DNA of 64,000 nt from Nitrospirota bacterium. GTDB lineage: Bacteria; Nitrospirota; UBA9217. The translations under genes were made by a program, and so were the position numbers. Location: positions 160,001 through 224,000 of the forward strand of contig CAWBNQ010000005.1 of NCBI GenBank assembly GCA_963790205.1, given 5' to 3'. Every line of letters starts with the position of its first letter. Position 1 is the stretch's first letter. This document shows, piece by piece, positions 1 to 10,025 of this stretch. Under the pieces are notes generated by a model. It was not told where the DNA came from, made no database searches, and saw nothing but the letters and a program-made list of their open reading frames with translations.

Positions 1-114
1 GACGGAGTACTCGTCGCTCCGCAGGGCATTCACGGCTTCAAGCATGGCCTGATTATATTGGAACATCCCGCCGAACTGCGGTTCCGCTCCAAGGAAAAGA
101 CCGATCTTTTTCAC
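1..114 (-). CDS. Probable glycosyltransferase (GT4-like), N-terminal part only; runs off the window
   Basis: GTG at 114 overlaps the upstream TGA (GTGA). Reads MKKIGLFLGAEPQFGGMFQYNQAMLEAV, a GT-B-like N-terminus, in a polysaccharide operon. Confidence 0.6.
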   Translation of the reverse strand, partial: MKKIGLFLGAEPQFGGMFQYNQAMLEAVNALRSDEYSV

Positions 115-878
115 GCTTGCACCACAAAACAAACACCCCAGGTGTCGACACCCGGTTCTTTTCCGGACATCCATTCAAAACTTGCGAGAAGTTTTAGCCG
201 CAGCTGTGATAAAAAAAGTTCTATTTCCGGACTAAATAAATAACGCATGGAATGCACTTCATGTAACTCTTCCACGATGTTATTCGCCTTATTTTTTATA
301 AACACATGATAATGAACGTCGACAATATTTTTTGCAGCATGCATAACCGGCTCTGCGATGCGCGTGACCAGAATCTGTTCATCTTCAAGGCGCTTCACCC
401 GGACAGCCGGTTTTTCCGATATGACCGCAGGTCCATACCAGCAATCGAAGATAAAGATGCCGCCCGGATTAAGGTGCGACTTTGCCGTGGCGAATGAAGC
501 CAAAAGGTCTTCATTTGTCGTTTGATAGCTCATTACGTGAAATAATGATATTATCGCGTCGAATTTTTTATCAAGCCTTACCGTGCGGATATCACCATGT
601 GAGAATGACAAATTCTCCGAAAGGTCACGGGAGCGATTCGAAAGCCGCGCTTTCGCCGTTTCAAGCATCTCAGTGCTCATGTCCACTCCGTGCAGAGTAT
701 AGCCCATCTCAGCCAGAATCGTTGCATGAACGCCCGTTCCGCACCCTAATTCCAGTATTGACTTCGCATTCGGGGTGTGCCGCCGGATCAACGTGTGTAT
801 ATACTTTGCTTCGGCTCCATAATCCTTATCTTTATACAGCAGATCGTAATATCGGGCGTAGTTGTTAAAAACATTCAT
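111..878 (-). CDS. Class I SAM-dependent methyltransferase (likely sugar methyltransferase)
   Basis: ILELGCGTG motif I, YYDLLY N-terminus, LNPGGIFIFD; follows the perosamine synthase-like gene. Confidence 0.9.
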   Translation of the reverse strand: MNVFNNYARYYDLLYKDKDYGAEAKYIHTLIRRHTPNAKSILELGCGTGVHATILAEMGYTLHGVDMSTEMLETAKARLSNRSRDLSENLSFSHGDIRTVRLDKKFDAIISLFHVMSYQTTNEDLLASFATAKSHLNPGGIFIFDCWYGPAVISEKPAVRVKRLEDEQILVTRIAEPVMHAAKNIVDVHYHVFIKNKANNIVEELHEVHSMRYLFSPEIELFLSQLRLKLLASFEWMSGKEPGVDTWGVCFVVQA

Positions 879-958
879 TATCAGATCTCCACAACGTCCG
901 TATCTTATCCGATTTCATAAATAATGCCAAATGTATTCTATTGAGAGCGCGCACATTT

Positions 959-2077
959 TTACGAAAGAATGGTTTTGAGAGCCGATGCAGATCGTTCTAT
1001 CTGCTCATTCATCAAGGCCATTCCGCTGGGGATATAAAAACCTCGCCTGGCTAAGCGCTCTGCTATTGGATATGTTTCCTGTGCGAACAAGCCCATCTTA
1101 TGAAACACCGGCTGTTCGTGCATAGGCCAGAAAAAAGGCCGGCTCCCGACCTTAAGCCCCGACAAGCGACGCATGGCTTCCTCCGCATCGAACGGCACGT
1201 CATCTTTAAGGATGAGTCCATAGACCCAGTAAATGTTCTCCGCATACTCTGTGCTTATCAAGGGAAGATCTAAACCCGGCACGTCCTTAAGCAGTTCAGT
1301 ATACCGTTTCCCCATTGCGCGTTTGCGCGCGACAAATTCATCGAGACGCTCTGTTTGAGCAATGCCCAACGCGGCCTGCAGATTGGTCATGCGGAAGTTA
1401 TAGCCGAGTTCCTCGTGAACAAATCTTTTTTTCGGTTGAAAGCACAGATTTCGCAGTGACCGGCATCGTTCCATCAGCCTGTCGTCGTTGGTCAGCACCA
1501 TCCCGCCTTCACCGGTGGTGATATGTTTGTTGGGATAAAAGCTGAACGTGCTGATATCGCCAAAACTACCACAGGGCCTGCCTTTGTAGGTCTGGCCGTG
1601 CATTTGCGCTGCATCTTCAATAATGCCCAGTCCGAACTTGTGAGCAAGGGACAGGACCGGGTCCATGTCGACAGGTAATCCGTAAATATGTACGACCATA
1701 ATAGCTTTCGTACGGGATGTGATCTTGGCTTCGATCTGCGATACATCCATGTTCCACGTTACGGGATCGCTGTCCACAAGGACCGGGATACAACCCCGCC
1801 GCACGATTGCCGCAGCGCAGGAGATGATGGTGAAGGCCGGCATGATGATCTCGTCGCCGGCTTGAAGTTCAAGAGCGGCGACAGCAACCTCGAGCGCCAC
1901 CGTCCCATTGCATACCGCAATACCGTATTTGCGGCCTGCAATGGCAGCCATTCGTTCCTCGAACTTCTGAACGAACGGTCCTTCGGAGGATATCCAGCCG
2001 GTATCGATACATTCACTGAGATATTTCTTTTCGTTGCCGTTTATTAAAGGTTCATTGACAGGAATAAAATTGTCCAT
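959..2077 (-). CDS. DegT/DnrJ/EryC1/StrS PLP aminotransferase, GDP-perosamine synthase-like
   Basis: GWISSEGPFV, IIEDAAQ, SFYPNKHITTGEGG (PLP Lys), GYNFRMTNLQAALG; gmd is in the same locus. Confidence 0.88.
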   Translation of the reverse strand: MDNFIPVNEPLINGNEKKYLSECIDTGWISSEGPFVQKFEERMAAIAGRKYGIAVCNGTVALEVAVAALELQAGDEIIMPAFTIISCAAAIVRRGCIPVLVDSDPVTWNMDVSQIEAKITSRTKAIMVVHIYGLPVDMDPVLSLAHKFGLGIIEDAAQMHGQTYKGRPCGSFGDISTFSFYPNKHITTGEGGMVLTNDDRLMERCRSLRNLCFQPKKRFVHEELGYNFRMTNLQAALGIAQTERLDEFVARKRAMGKRYTELLKDVPGLDLPLISTEYAENIYWVYGLILKDDVPFDAEEAMRRLSGLKVGSRPFFWPMHEQPVFHKMGLFAQETYPIAERLARRGFYIPSGMALMNEQIERSASALKTILS

Positions 2078-2079
2078 GG

Positions 2080-2511
2080 TCAGTCCTTAATGTTCGCCTT
2101 ATCGTGCGCAATACCGGTAAATTTCGTCTTGTCCTGGTCCCCTGCGTAGGGGCCCTGTTTCACTTCGATCATTTCTATCTCTTCCAATACCTTGAACCCG
2201 TGCCCGCCTGTTGCAAGCAAGATCACATCTCCTGAATATAAGATCCTGCTCTCCAGATAGGTCTGGTGATCATCGTAAAAATCTATCTGTAATTTACCCC
2301 GTTTCAGGAACAATACCTCCTGGGTGAAGTGCACTTCCCGGTGCACTGGATTATGTACGTGCGGTTGTATCACTTTACCGGCCGGATGACGCATGTAGGC
2401 CAGTTGCTGTGAAAGGTCGTTCGGAGTGAAAAAGCTGACTCCGGGAGTGTTAAAGCCGGTCCGAATGATAATCGACAGAAGCGTATCCTTATGCATTATT
2501 TTTTCAATCAT
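2080..2511 (-). CDS. Cupin-fold protein of sugar-nucleotide clusters
   Basis: PHVH...EVL...GGHGF..EVKQGPY cupin metal motifs. Confidence 0.75.
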   Translation of the reverse strand: MIEKIMHKDTLLSIIIRTGFNTPGVSFFTPNDLSQQLAYMRHPAGKVIQPHVHNPVHREVHFTQEVLFLKRGKLQIDFYDDHQTYLESRILYSGDVILLATGGHGFKVLEEIEMIEVKQGPYAGDQDKTKFTGIAHDKANIKD

Positions 2512-3443
2512 AGTGAGATATCCTTTAAGTAACCAAGTAACTTGTTTCCGAAACGTTTCACCAATCCAGGCCTTATTGATTTTAAGAATGATCTTACTTC
2601 ACTTCGAGCGACCGGATCTTCTCGTACGGGAATCGTAGCGATATGCACTTTAACATCAGAAAGCTTCGTAAAAAAAACATTCGTACTCCCACTATTGATT
2701 CCACTGGAATCATTGCCTATGTTTTGGACGAGCGATGTGCCGGGATACAGTGTCAGTTTTTCTCGTAGAAAAGCTGAGGCATACCATCTGACAGCCCAGG
2801 AATCATTCTTTTTGTCAATTTGATCTTGCAGCATTTTGGTATAGGGATATGCTCCGTCGAAGTCAAATTGATTTTGTGCGCCTCTCTTCAGTAGGTCGGT
2901 CAATAGTTTTCGACCGTCCGCTTCGAACAAATCCCAGCCCCTCTTCCACGTTGCCCACCCCCAGCAGTCGGCACCTTTCAAAAAAAAGGTTTCAGGAAGA
3001 CGGGCCTGGACCGGGTATAGATAACCGTGAATGCTTATGACCTTATCTTCCTCCCTATAAAGTTCCAAAGCGTCATTCATATAATTCAAAAAAGACGGAG
3101 ATGTCTTCAAATCATCTTCCAACACGATTATGCGTCCGAACCTGTTAACGATCTCCGTTACGCCCGCAATAATGGATTGGGCCAGGCCGAGGTTCTGGTT
3201 TCGTTCAGTTAGTACGATGTTTTTAAAGCCCGTTATCGTTTTTATATATTTCCTGACGTCATCGACTGCATTGCAATCGGCACCAGATCTCGGACCATCT
3301 GAAAAAATAAAAAGATCACTGTCGGACGCCAATTCATTTTTCTGCAATGCTCCCACGGTTTGGCGGGTATGCCAGGGTCTATTAAAAACGAATAAAGCTA
3401 TGGGGGCCAGAGGAGTCGGCATAATCGATAATGAATTATTCAT
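2508..3443 (-). CDS. Glycosyltransferase, GT-A fold
   Basis: APIALFVFNRPWHT, FSDGP, IVLEDD, CWGWATW motifs. Confidence 0.85.
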   Translation of the reverse strand: MNNSLSIMPTPLAPIALFVFNRPWHTRQTVGALQKNELASDSDLFIFSDGPRSGADCNAVDDVRKYIKTITGFKNIVLTERNQNLGLAQSIIAGVTEIVNRFGRIIVLEDDLKTSPSFLNYMNDALELYREEDKVISIHGYLYPVQARLPETFFLKGADCWGWATWKRGWDLFEADGRKLLTDLLKRGAQNQFDFDGAYPYTKMLQDQIDKKNDSWAVRWYASAFLREKLTLYPGTSLVQNIGNDSSGINSGSTNVFFTKLSDVKVHIATIPVREDPVARSEVRSFLKSIRPGLVKRFGNKLLGYLKDISL

Positions 3444-3447
3444 TGCG

Positions 3448-4062
3448 TCACAGTTTTACTGCATCGACAATAAGGGATGTATAATTGATCTTTTCTTTTG
3501 TATTCCTCGCGTCGTTCCATCTCGACCGGAGGATCAAACCATCCTCGGCGCTCCAGGGTGTAGAATGAAATTCAGCCTGTTCATCCCAATATTCAAGTAA
3601 TTTCACCTTGAAACCACATCTCTGCAGCAGATCGCCAAGTGTTTTATACGTATATAAGACCTTGTGATCGCCCGACCCCGGTCCGCTGCCCATCGGTTTC
3701 ACATAGTCAATATATTTTACATCGGGGAAATTTCCGTCAGGAACCGCTATTCTAAAATATCCTCCCGGCTTGAGGAATTTGAAACAGTTTTTAGCGGCTA
3801 AAAAACCATCAGCCACGGTCAAATGCTCCCATACATGTTCCGCGAGAAGGGCATCTATGGAAGCATCGTCAAAGTAGCGCGCCCAATCTTTTTCCTTGAG
3901 AACGTTCAAATGCCCGATGTCCGTCCGGACCCACCCGCGTTGGGATACGTCGGCAGCGCCGATGATCACTTTCAGGGGAGACCGAAGCGTCCCTCGTTTG
4001 ATCTTTATACCTCTAATAAAATGTTTTGCTGATGTATATATCTTAAGGACGATATTTTTCAT
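3448..4062 (-). CDS. Methyltransferase type 11-like protein
   Basis: AEHVWEHL and LKPGGYFRIAVPD motifs; start taken at the ATG at 4062. Confidence 0.8.
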   Translation of the reverse strand: MKNIVLKIYTSAKHFIRGIKIKRGTLRSPLKVIIGAADVSQRGWVRTDIGHLNVLKEKDWARYFDDASIDALLAEHVWEHLTVADGFLAAKNCFKFLKPGGYFRIAVPDGNFPDVKYIDYVKPMGSGPGSGDHKVLYTYKTLGDLLQRCGFKVKLLEYWDEQAEFHSTPWSAEDGLILRSRWNDARNTKEKINYTSLIVDAVKL

Positions 4063-4121
4063 AGGCAAGCGCCGCGTTCCGTGGATAAGCAAAAATTTTA
4101 AAGCACGCCTCAGCCGTAAAG

Positions 4122-5297
4122 CTACCCTCTTCCCCGAATCATTTTGCCTTCCAGTAAATTTTCATAAACTTTTTTCAATTCTTCAGCGCATTTCACGGCC
4201 TCGTAATTTTGCTCTACATGTTTTCGTGCGTTCTCACAATAGGTGCGATAAACAGGCTCTTCCATGGTATAAAAAATTTCTATGGCGCGCGCTAATTCAT
4301 CGACATCGTTTTCGTCGACCAGAATACCGGACACTCCGTTCATGACCTCCTCCGGGATATCGCAGTGAAACGTCGAAAGAACAGGCATGCCCGAAGCTTG
4401 GGCGTCGAGCAGGACAACAGGAGCTCCGCCCTCGCAGTCGCCATTCTCGCCATATTTGCTCGGATGAATGAAAACCTGATGTTTGGTTAAAAAAGGATAT
4501 AACTGGCTGAAATCGATCCCATCGATAAAATTCACCTGGCGTTCCAAATCGGCGTCGTTGACCATACGCTGCAGCGCACCTCTCATCCCCTCCGGGTCTT
4601 TCCCGACGAGGGTCAATGTCATGTTGGGACACCGCGGAAACGCTTTGATAAACGCCTTGATCGTGACATCATAACCTTTTTTTTCCGAAAAACTGGCAAT
4701 TTGCACCAGCCTTAATTCGCACCGCTTTTTTTTACGCTTGAAATACGGGATGTCCGCCACCTGGACCCCCAGATGAACGACCTTTACCTTATCTGCCGGA
4801 CATCCGATCTGTATCAACTTATTGCGGCCCGCCGTTCCTTCTGCAAGGAAAAGAGAGGCTTCCTTGAATAATCTTTGATACCGTTTTACCCAGACGGGCC
4901 TGCTGCTCGGCAGATATTCATAGTCGAAACCATAAAAGGAAACCACCAGAGGAATTTTTTTCATGCGGGACAGCCATAAATATTGCCACCCGACAAAAGA
5001 AAAATGAGCGTGCAGGATATCAGCGTCCGGTATCCGAAAGATGATAAATCTCCGCCAAAGAGGATCGAGTGTTAAGCGTACCCGGTTAACGACTTTTTGC
5101 AACAGCCACGGACGATCGTTTCGCCAGCGTGAATAGGGAGCGAGGATAAAACGGGCATGCGGCAGGGGAAAGGCCCCGTCATTTTCAATGCGCTCCGAAA
5201 CAATGACCAGCTCAACGGAAGAAAGATTTTTTAAGAGTCGATAGCACCAGTTTTGGGTCGTATGTAAATATGCGTAAAAAAGATGAATTACCCGCAT
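4122..5297 (-). CDS. GT4 glycosyltransferase (WcaL-like)
   Basis: HAHF, EKKG, FIHPS..GDCEGGAPVVLLDAQASG; ATG overlaps the flippase stop (TAATG). Confidence 0.88.
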   Translation of the reverse strand: MRVIHLFYAYLHTTQNWCYRLLKNLSSVELVIVSERIENDGAFPLPHARFILAPYSRWRNDRPWLLQKVVNRVRLTLDPLWRRFIIFRIPDADILHAHFSFVGWQYLWLSRMKKIPLVVSFYGFDYEYLPSSRPVWVKRYQRLFKEASLFLAEGTAGRNKLIQIGCPADKVKVVHLGVQVADIPYFKRKKKRCELRLVQIASFSEKKGYDVTIKAFIKAFPRCPNMTLTLVGKDPEGMRGALQRMVNDADLERQVNFIDGIDFSQLYPFLTKHQVFIHPSKYGENGDCEGGAPVVLLDAQASGMPVLSTFHCDIPEEVMNGVSGILVDENDVDELARAIEIFYTMEEPVYRTYCENARKHVEQNYEAVKCAEELKKVYENLLEGKMIRGRG

Positions 5298-6742
5298 TAC
5301 AGAGACCCTTTCACGATACGGATGAACGTTTGCTTCTGCCACCAATACATCACGGCAATATAGATCGTTACCCCGATCCCCGCGGATACCAGCAGCTGTA
5401 TTGCGACAGCATACCGGGACAGTATGAAGACGCCGAGATAATGGAGCGTAATCCCCATAAAAAGGGAAGCGGCGAGCATGGGCAAAAAAGCGTTTATGTA
5501 TTCAACCGTATGCAAGTTCACCAGCTTCCATCGTAACCAGAACCCGGCGGGAAACAAGACGAGCGCCGTTGAGAGCAACAAACCGGCGGCAATGCCGAGC
5601 AACCCAAAGCGCGAGCCGAACCAGACGGCGGTCCCGTACAAAAAAATCCTGAACACATTAAAAAAGAACCCTAAATCAGCGCGGCCTTTGGCGAGAAGGA
5701 GACTCCCGAGCGAATTACCAAGGCTGATGAAATATCCGAGTATGCAAAGGACCTGGAAGACGGAAACGGCCGGCGACCATTTCTCGCCTACCAGTACGAT
5801 GATAAAAGGTTTCGCCAGCAAAATCATCCCCGTGTAGAGAGGGAAAAGAACAAATGCAATAATGCGGATGGCGTCCAGGAACCCGCTGCGCAATCGCGCG
5901 TTGTCGTGCTGCACCCTGGCAAAAAGAGGAAATGCCACCCGGGTAATTATCGGATTAAAAATATCAATCGGTTTCGTCATGAGCTGATACGCTATGTTGT
6001 AAAAGCCGAGCGACTGGGCGCCCAGCAGCCTTCCGATAAGCAGCTTATCGAGGTTGCCTCCCAGATAATTGATCGAACGCTCCCCCATCTGATAGAGACC
6101 GAAGCCGAGATACCCTTTGAGATCGCTTCGCTTAAAATGAAGAAGCGGCCGCCATCGGCGAAATCCCCAGAAGCTGATCACCAGCGTTCTCACTACGGTA
6201 TTCACCAGCTGTCCCAGGACCAGGGATACTACTCCGAAACCGGCATGGGCCAGAGAAACAGCGACGGCAAAGCCGGCGATCGACCCGAGGATCTCCGCAA
6301 GAGCGATTTCATTGAACAGCAGTTCCCGTTGGAGCAGTACTTGCGACTGCTGGCCGATCGGCATAATGAGAAACACAAGGGACGCGAGAAGAAGCAGCCG
6401 GTCGAGACGCGGCTCATGATAAAATGAGACAATGAAGGGCCTGACGGCCGCGATGAGAACAAAAATGGCCGCACCGGTCAAAATATTCAACCAGTAAAGA
6501 GATGACAGGCGCTCCCTGTCTTCACTTTGATAGTGAATGATCGCATTGCTTATGCCCATGTCGGCAAAGGCCTGGGCAAAGCCGATGACGACCATGATCA
6601 TCGCCATCAAACCGAAATCGTCCGGCGCGAGCACCCTCCCGAGATAGGCAAGTTGAGCGATAGAAAGCGCAGTTGTCACGAAACTGGAGAGTGACGTCCA
6701 TTTGATTGCGGAAAAAGCCTGTTTTCGTAAGTGCAATGCCAT
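5297..6742 (-). CDS. wzx: MOP-family polysaccharide flippase (WzxC-like)
   Basis: Many TM segments; LAPDDFGL, FADMGISNAII, LSSLYWLN, DKLLIGRLLG..LGFY. Confidence 0.9.
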   Translation of the reverse strand: MALHLRKQAFSAIKWTSLSSFVTTALSIAQLAYLGRVLAPDDFGLMAMIMVVIGFAQAFADMGISNAIIHYQSEDRERLSSLYWLNILTGAAIFVLIAAVRPFIVSFYHEPRLDRLLLLASLVFLIMPIGQQSQVLLQRELLFNEIALAEILGSIAGFAVAVSLAHAGFGVVSLVLGQLVNTVVRTLVISFWGFRRWRPLLHFKRSDLKGYLGFGLYQMGERSINYLGGNLDKLLIGRLLGAQSLGFYNIAYQLMTKPIDIFNPIITRVAFPLFARVQHDNARLRSGFLDAIRIIAFVLFPLYTGMILLAKPFIIVLVGEKWSPAVSVFQVLCILGYFISLGNSLGSLLLAKGRADLGFFFNVFRIFLYGTAVWFGSRFGLLGIAAGLLLSTALVLFPAGFWLRWKLVNLHTVEYINAFLPMLAASLFMGITLHYLGVFILSRYAVAIQLLVSAGIGVTIYIAVMYWWQKQTFIRIVKGSL

Positions 6743-6799
6743 GCTACCTATTTTTGCACGACACGAATGAATATAATGTACGCATGGTTCTCCTGGGAA

Positions 6800-7534
6800 T
6801 TATCCATTGTTTTGTTTTTTCCGGACGATGACGAGATAGAGCCATGTCCATTGAGTGCTGTTAGGATTGAACTTCATGTCTATCCTGTCCGCTATGGGGA
6901 AAACGATGTTATTGGCTACGATCAGTAATCGGGCCAAGATCGATAAGATACCGCCCATCACGGACTTTATATAGTAGCTCCATTCGCTGCCGAACGTGAG
7001 CCAAAAGCCGGAAAGCGGTACAATTTCGACTATTTCAAAACCCGCTTCTTTAAAAAGATGCTCCAGCCCATATTTCGTATACCGATAAAAATCCCGGGGC
7101 TCTTCATGGAGATGCCAGAAAAGGGGTACGGTGTACAGCGCATGTCCGTTCGGCTTTAAAACGCGGAATGATTCCTTCAAGGCAAGCAGCGGCTGTTCAA
7201 GGTGTTCCAAAACCGCCGTGCATAAAATGGAATCGAATGAATTGTCAGGCACAGGCATGTCATACGCCGTTCCTATGATGTCCACGGTGCTCAGATTATG
7301 CAGTGAATCCTTATGATCAAGGCCGACATATTCCTCCACGCAGTCGCCAAGCAAGAACTTTTTTTTCTTTTCGCCGCAACCGATATCCAGCAATCGTCCA
7401 TTGAGATAACGGCCGGCATATTCTCGGATTTTCTGTCCGCCCTTTCGGATTACCATGTAGGCAGGATTACTGATGGGATAATCTCGATAATAACGCGAGC
7501 TGTCAATCTGATTCATGCCGTTATTCGCCTTCAC
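6800..7534 (-). CDS. Class I SAM-dependent methyltransferase
   Basis: LLDIGCG, VLEHL, HEEPRDFYRYT motifs. Confidence 0.85.
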   Translation of the reverse strand: MKANNGMNQIDSSRYYRDYPISNPAYMVIRKGGQKIREYAGRYLNGRLLDIGCGEKKKKFLLGDCVEEYVGLDHKDSLHNLSTVDIIGTAYDMPVPDNSFDSILCTAVLEHLEQPLLALKESFRVLKPNGHALYTVPLFWHLHEEPRDFYRYTKYGLEHLFKEAGFEIVEIVPLSGFWLTFGSEWSYYIKSVMGGILSILARLLIVANNIVFPIADRIDMKFNPNSTQWTWLYLVIVRKKQNNG

Positions 7535-8225
7535 CCGATTCGCACAGATAGGGTCTTTTAAAAATCGTAATCGCGGGGTCGCCCTTCGCTATGACGTTGT
7601 CCTCGACCCGGCCTCGTACTCTCACAACGCTGCCTGGCGCAACCCAGGAATCCTTCCCGATCGTTGCTCCGGGGAGGACGATGACATTCGACGCGATACC
7701 CGCTCCGTCCTTTAGCTCCACGAAACCCTGGACAATGCATTGTTCTTCCGGCAGCGCTCCCTGAGAATACTTGTAAATTCGATTTTTATCCTTCCCTTTG
7801 TAATGAAAGGACTCTGATAATACGATGGCTCCCGGACCTATGCCGCATTTTTCACCGATCTTTACGCCGCCATATCCAAGGATGACCGCGCCGAAGGCGA
7901 TCCTCGAATGATCGCCGAGGATCACCAGACCTTTTTCATGCGGAGCCGTCGGCGTAAGCTCTATCACGTCTCTTTTTTCTTCACCCCGGCTCCTGCCGGT
8001 ATGAAGGATCACATTCTCTCTGATCATGACATTGTCACCGGCGATCACCGTGGACGGGTCCGAGATGTGAACGTTAGTGCCGATCCACAGATCGTGGCCG
8101 CAGGAACGAAATCTTTTAGAGTAATAAGACCGCCTCAGAAGGGCGCCTGTTTCTCCCGGTAAATATAAGATAAATAACTGGCGGATATCCACAAGGACAT
8201 GGAAAAGGAACCTGAGCAATTTCAT
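7521..8225 (-). CDS. Left-handed beta-helix (hexapeptide) acyltransferase
   Basis: Hexapeptide repeats (GVKIGEKCGIGPGAIV, VLPGATIGKDSWVAPGSVV) and C-terminal GDPA. Confidence 0.85.
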   Translation of the reverse strand: MKLLRFLFHVLVDIRQLFILYLPGETGALLRRSYYSKRFRSCGHDLWIGTNVHISDPSTVIAGDNVMIRENVILHTGRSRGEEKRDVIELTPTAPHEKGLVILGDHSRIAFGAVILGYGGVKIGEKCGIGPGAIVLSESFHYKGKDKNRIYKYSQGALPEEQCIVQGFVELKDGAGIASNVIVLPGATIGKDSWVAPGSVVRVRGRVEDNVIAKGDPAITIFKRPYLCESGEGE

Positions 8226-8461
8226 CGTGCACCGTTCTTTTCATTGATGTAATCGACGATCTTGTCGATCGTTTCCAGTCTTGCAATATCCTCGTCGGGG
8301 ATCTTGATCTTGAAATTTTCCTCGATTTCGAGCAGGATCCCCGACAAGTCCAAAGAGTCTATCCCGAGTTCTCGTAACGGTTTACCGTGATCACCTTCGT
8401 TTACTTCTGCGGAAGTGGTGACCGATTTAATGATTGTTACTATCTCAGCTCTTTGAACCAT
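8222..8461 (-). CDS. Acyl carrier protein
   Basis: LGIDSLD phosphopantetheine attachment motif; acidic 79 aa protein. Confidence 0.92.
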   Translation of the reverse strand: MVQRAEIVTIIKSVTTSAEVNEGDHGKPLRELGIDSLDLSGILLEIEENFKIKIPDEDIARLETIDKIVDYINEKNGAR

Positions 8462-9410
8462 CTGTTTCTCCTTTTGTTGAACGCTGCATCAGACATGATG
8501 CCCAGGACAATCCGACGCCGAATCCGCATAAAACCATATTCCGAAGATTGTCATTCCCCAGATTGTTTTCAAGGAGCATCGGAATTGAGGATGACACCGC
8601 ATTTCCGTGCTGTGCAAGATTACTGGGCATCTTCCCGGGACCAACATTCATGCGTTTTTGCAAGGTATCAAGTATGTATTTGCTCCCCTGATGAAAAATA
8701 AAAAGATCTATCTGCTCGGGCTTGAGCTTTGCCGCATGCAGCAATTCCGAGACCTGGGGCGGCACACGGGTTGCGGAAAAGTTGAATACGGCCCGACCGT
8801 TCATGACAAGCCTGTTATTTTGTATCTGCAGTGCACTGCCTTCACTCCCGAGGGTCCCGAATAAAAATTTGGTTGGTAACCAGCCGGGAGAGGCCGCATC
8901 GTCTGTAGCCATGTAGGTAACTGTCGCAGCGTCCCCAAAAAGCAGGACGGTATTTTTGTCATCAGGATCGATAATCGATGAATAAGGATCGGCAGTAAAA
9001 AAGAGCCCCCGTTTCAAACCATTCAGCTCCATGAACGATTTCACGATCGAAAGTCCGTAAACATACCCGGAACAACCGAGGGAAATATCGAACGCCGCAC
9101 ATTTCTCCGACGCTTTAAGCTTGCCGTGCACGATCGCCGAAGTATGGGGGATGCCGCCCCCGTCAGGATTCTGGGTGCACACCACCAGGCAATCAACGTC
9201 ATCGGCAGATATCCGTATTTTATCCTGGAGCGCCTGGAAAGCCTTGACGCACATATCGGATACAGTTTCATCAGGCGCTTTTCGTGATACGCTCAGTACG
9301 CCTATTTTGTTGATGATGAAATCGTCATCGATTTCGAACCGTTCCTTCTTGTCGAAATTCGATTCGTGCCGTTCAGGAACGTAACTTGCTATATGTTTGA
9401 TGCTGATCAT
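8445..9410 (-). CDS. 3-oxoacyl-ACP synthase III (FabH-like, pathway-dedicated)
   Basis: DISLGCSGY (catalytic Cys), FHQGS (His), GNAVSSSIP (Asn), GFGVGLSW. Confidence 0.9.
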   Translation of the reverse strand: MISIKHIASYVPERHESNFDKKERFEIDDDFIINKIGVLSVSRKAPDETVSDMCVKAFQALQDKIRISADDVDCLVVCTQNPDGGGIPHTSAIVHGKLKASEKCAAFDISLGCSGYVYGLSIVKSFMELNGLKRGLFFTADPYSSIIDPDDKNTVLLFGDAATVTYMATDDAASPGWLPTKFLFGTLGSEGSALQIQNNRLVMNGRAVFNFSATRVPPQVSELLHAAKLKPEQIDLFIFHQGSKYILDTLQKRMNVGPGKMPSNLAQHGNAVSSSIPMLLENNLGNDNLRNMVLCGFGVGLSWASCLMQRSTKGETDGSKS

Positions 9411-10021
9411 TGCGCTAGTAGAGAAAAATAGATGTGACCGATCACATCTTCATCCGAGAGCAGACTGGACTTCGTGAGCCGGTTATTGAAGTTATGCTCA
9501 AGCCTGATACGCAGGCTGCAGGCATCCGGTGCCTGTAGCAATCGTTTCAGTTCCAATCTGGTAAATAGCCACTTGGCCTTTGTCGGACACATTGCATAAT
9601 GCATTTTCTTGGTCATCGCCACGGCGACTTCGACCGGCGAATACCCTGTATCTTCATAAATGGCGATCTCGTTCCTGGCCTCATTCAGTGCGCTCTTGCC
9701 TTCGATGCGCTCTTCCGCATACTCATAACGGCAGGCAACGTTGCGGTCTGTTTCACACATCCAGCCAGCTATCGTGCCCTGGCCCGTTGAAAACGTGAAC
9801 TCGGCCCACGGGAGTTCCGGCTTCTCAATGCTTTCGCCGACCGCACCCAACAAGATATCGCATTCATGTGTCACAAGCCGATGGATAACGATGCGCGTCG
9901 GCGCTTGTACAGGCAGGCCGGATAGTTTCGGCACCTGCTCACACAAGGCATTGTAAAGATCAGTACCATGCAGGTAGGTTCGTGAACCTTTAAAGCACAT
10001 GGGAATGGGGACTCGTTGCAT
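9407..10021 (-). CDS. Hypothetical protein, possibly hot-dog fold
   Basis: Clean 204 aa ORF whose stop overlaps the KAS III start; the fold is a guess. Confidence 0.6.
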   Translation of the reverse strand: MQRVPIPMCFKGSRTYLHGTDLYNALCEQVPKLSGLPVQAPTRIVIHRLVTHECDILLGAVGESIEKPELPWAEFTFSTGQGTIAGWMCETDRNVACRYEYAEERIEGKSALNEARNEIAIYEDTGYSPVEVAVAMTKKMHYAMCPTKAKWLFTRLELKRLLQAPDACSLRIRLEHNFNNRLTKSSLLSDEDVIGHIYFSLLAQ

Positions 10022-10025
10022 GTTT

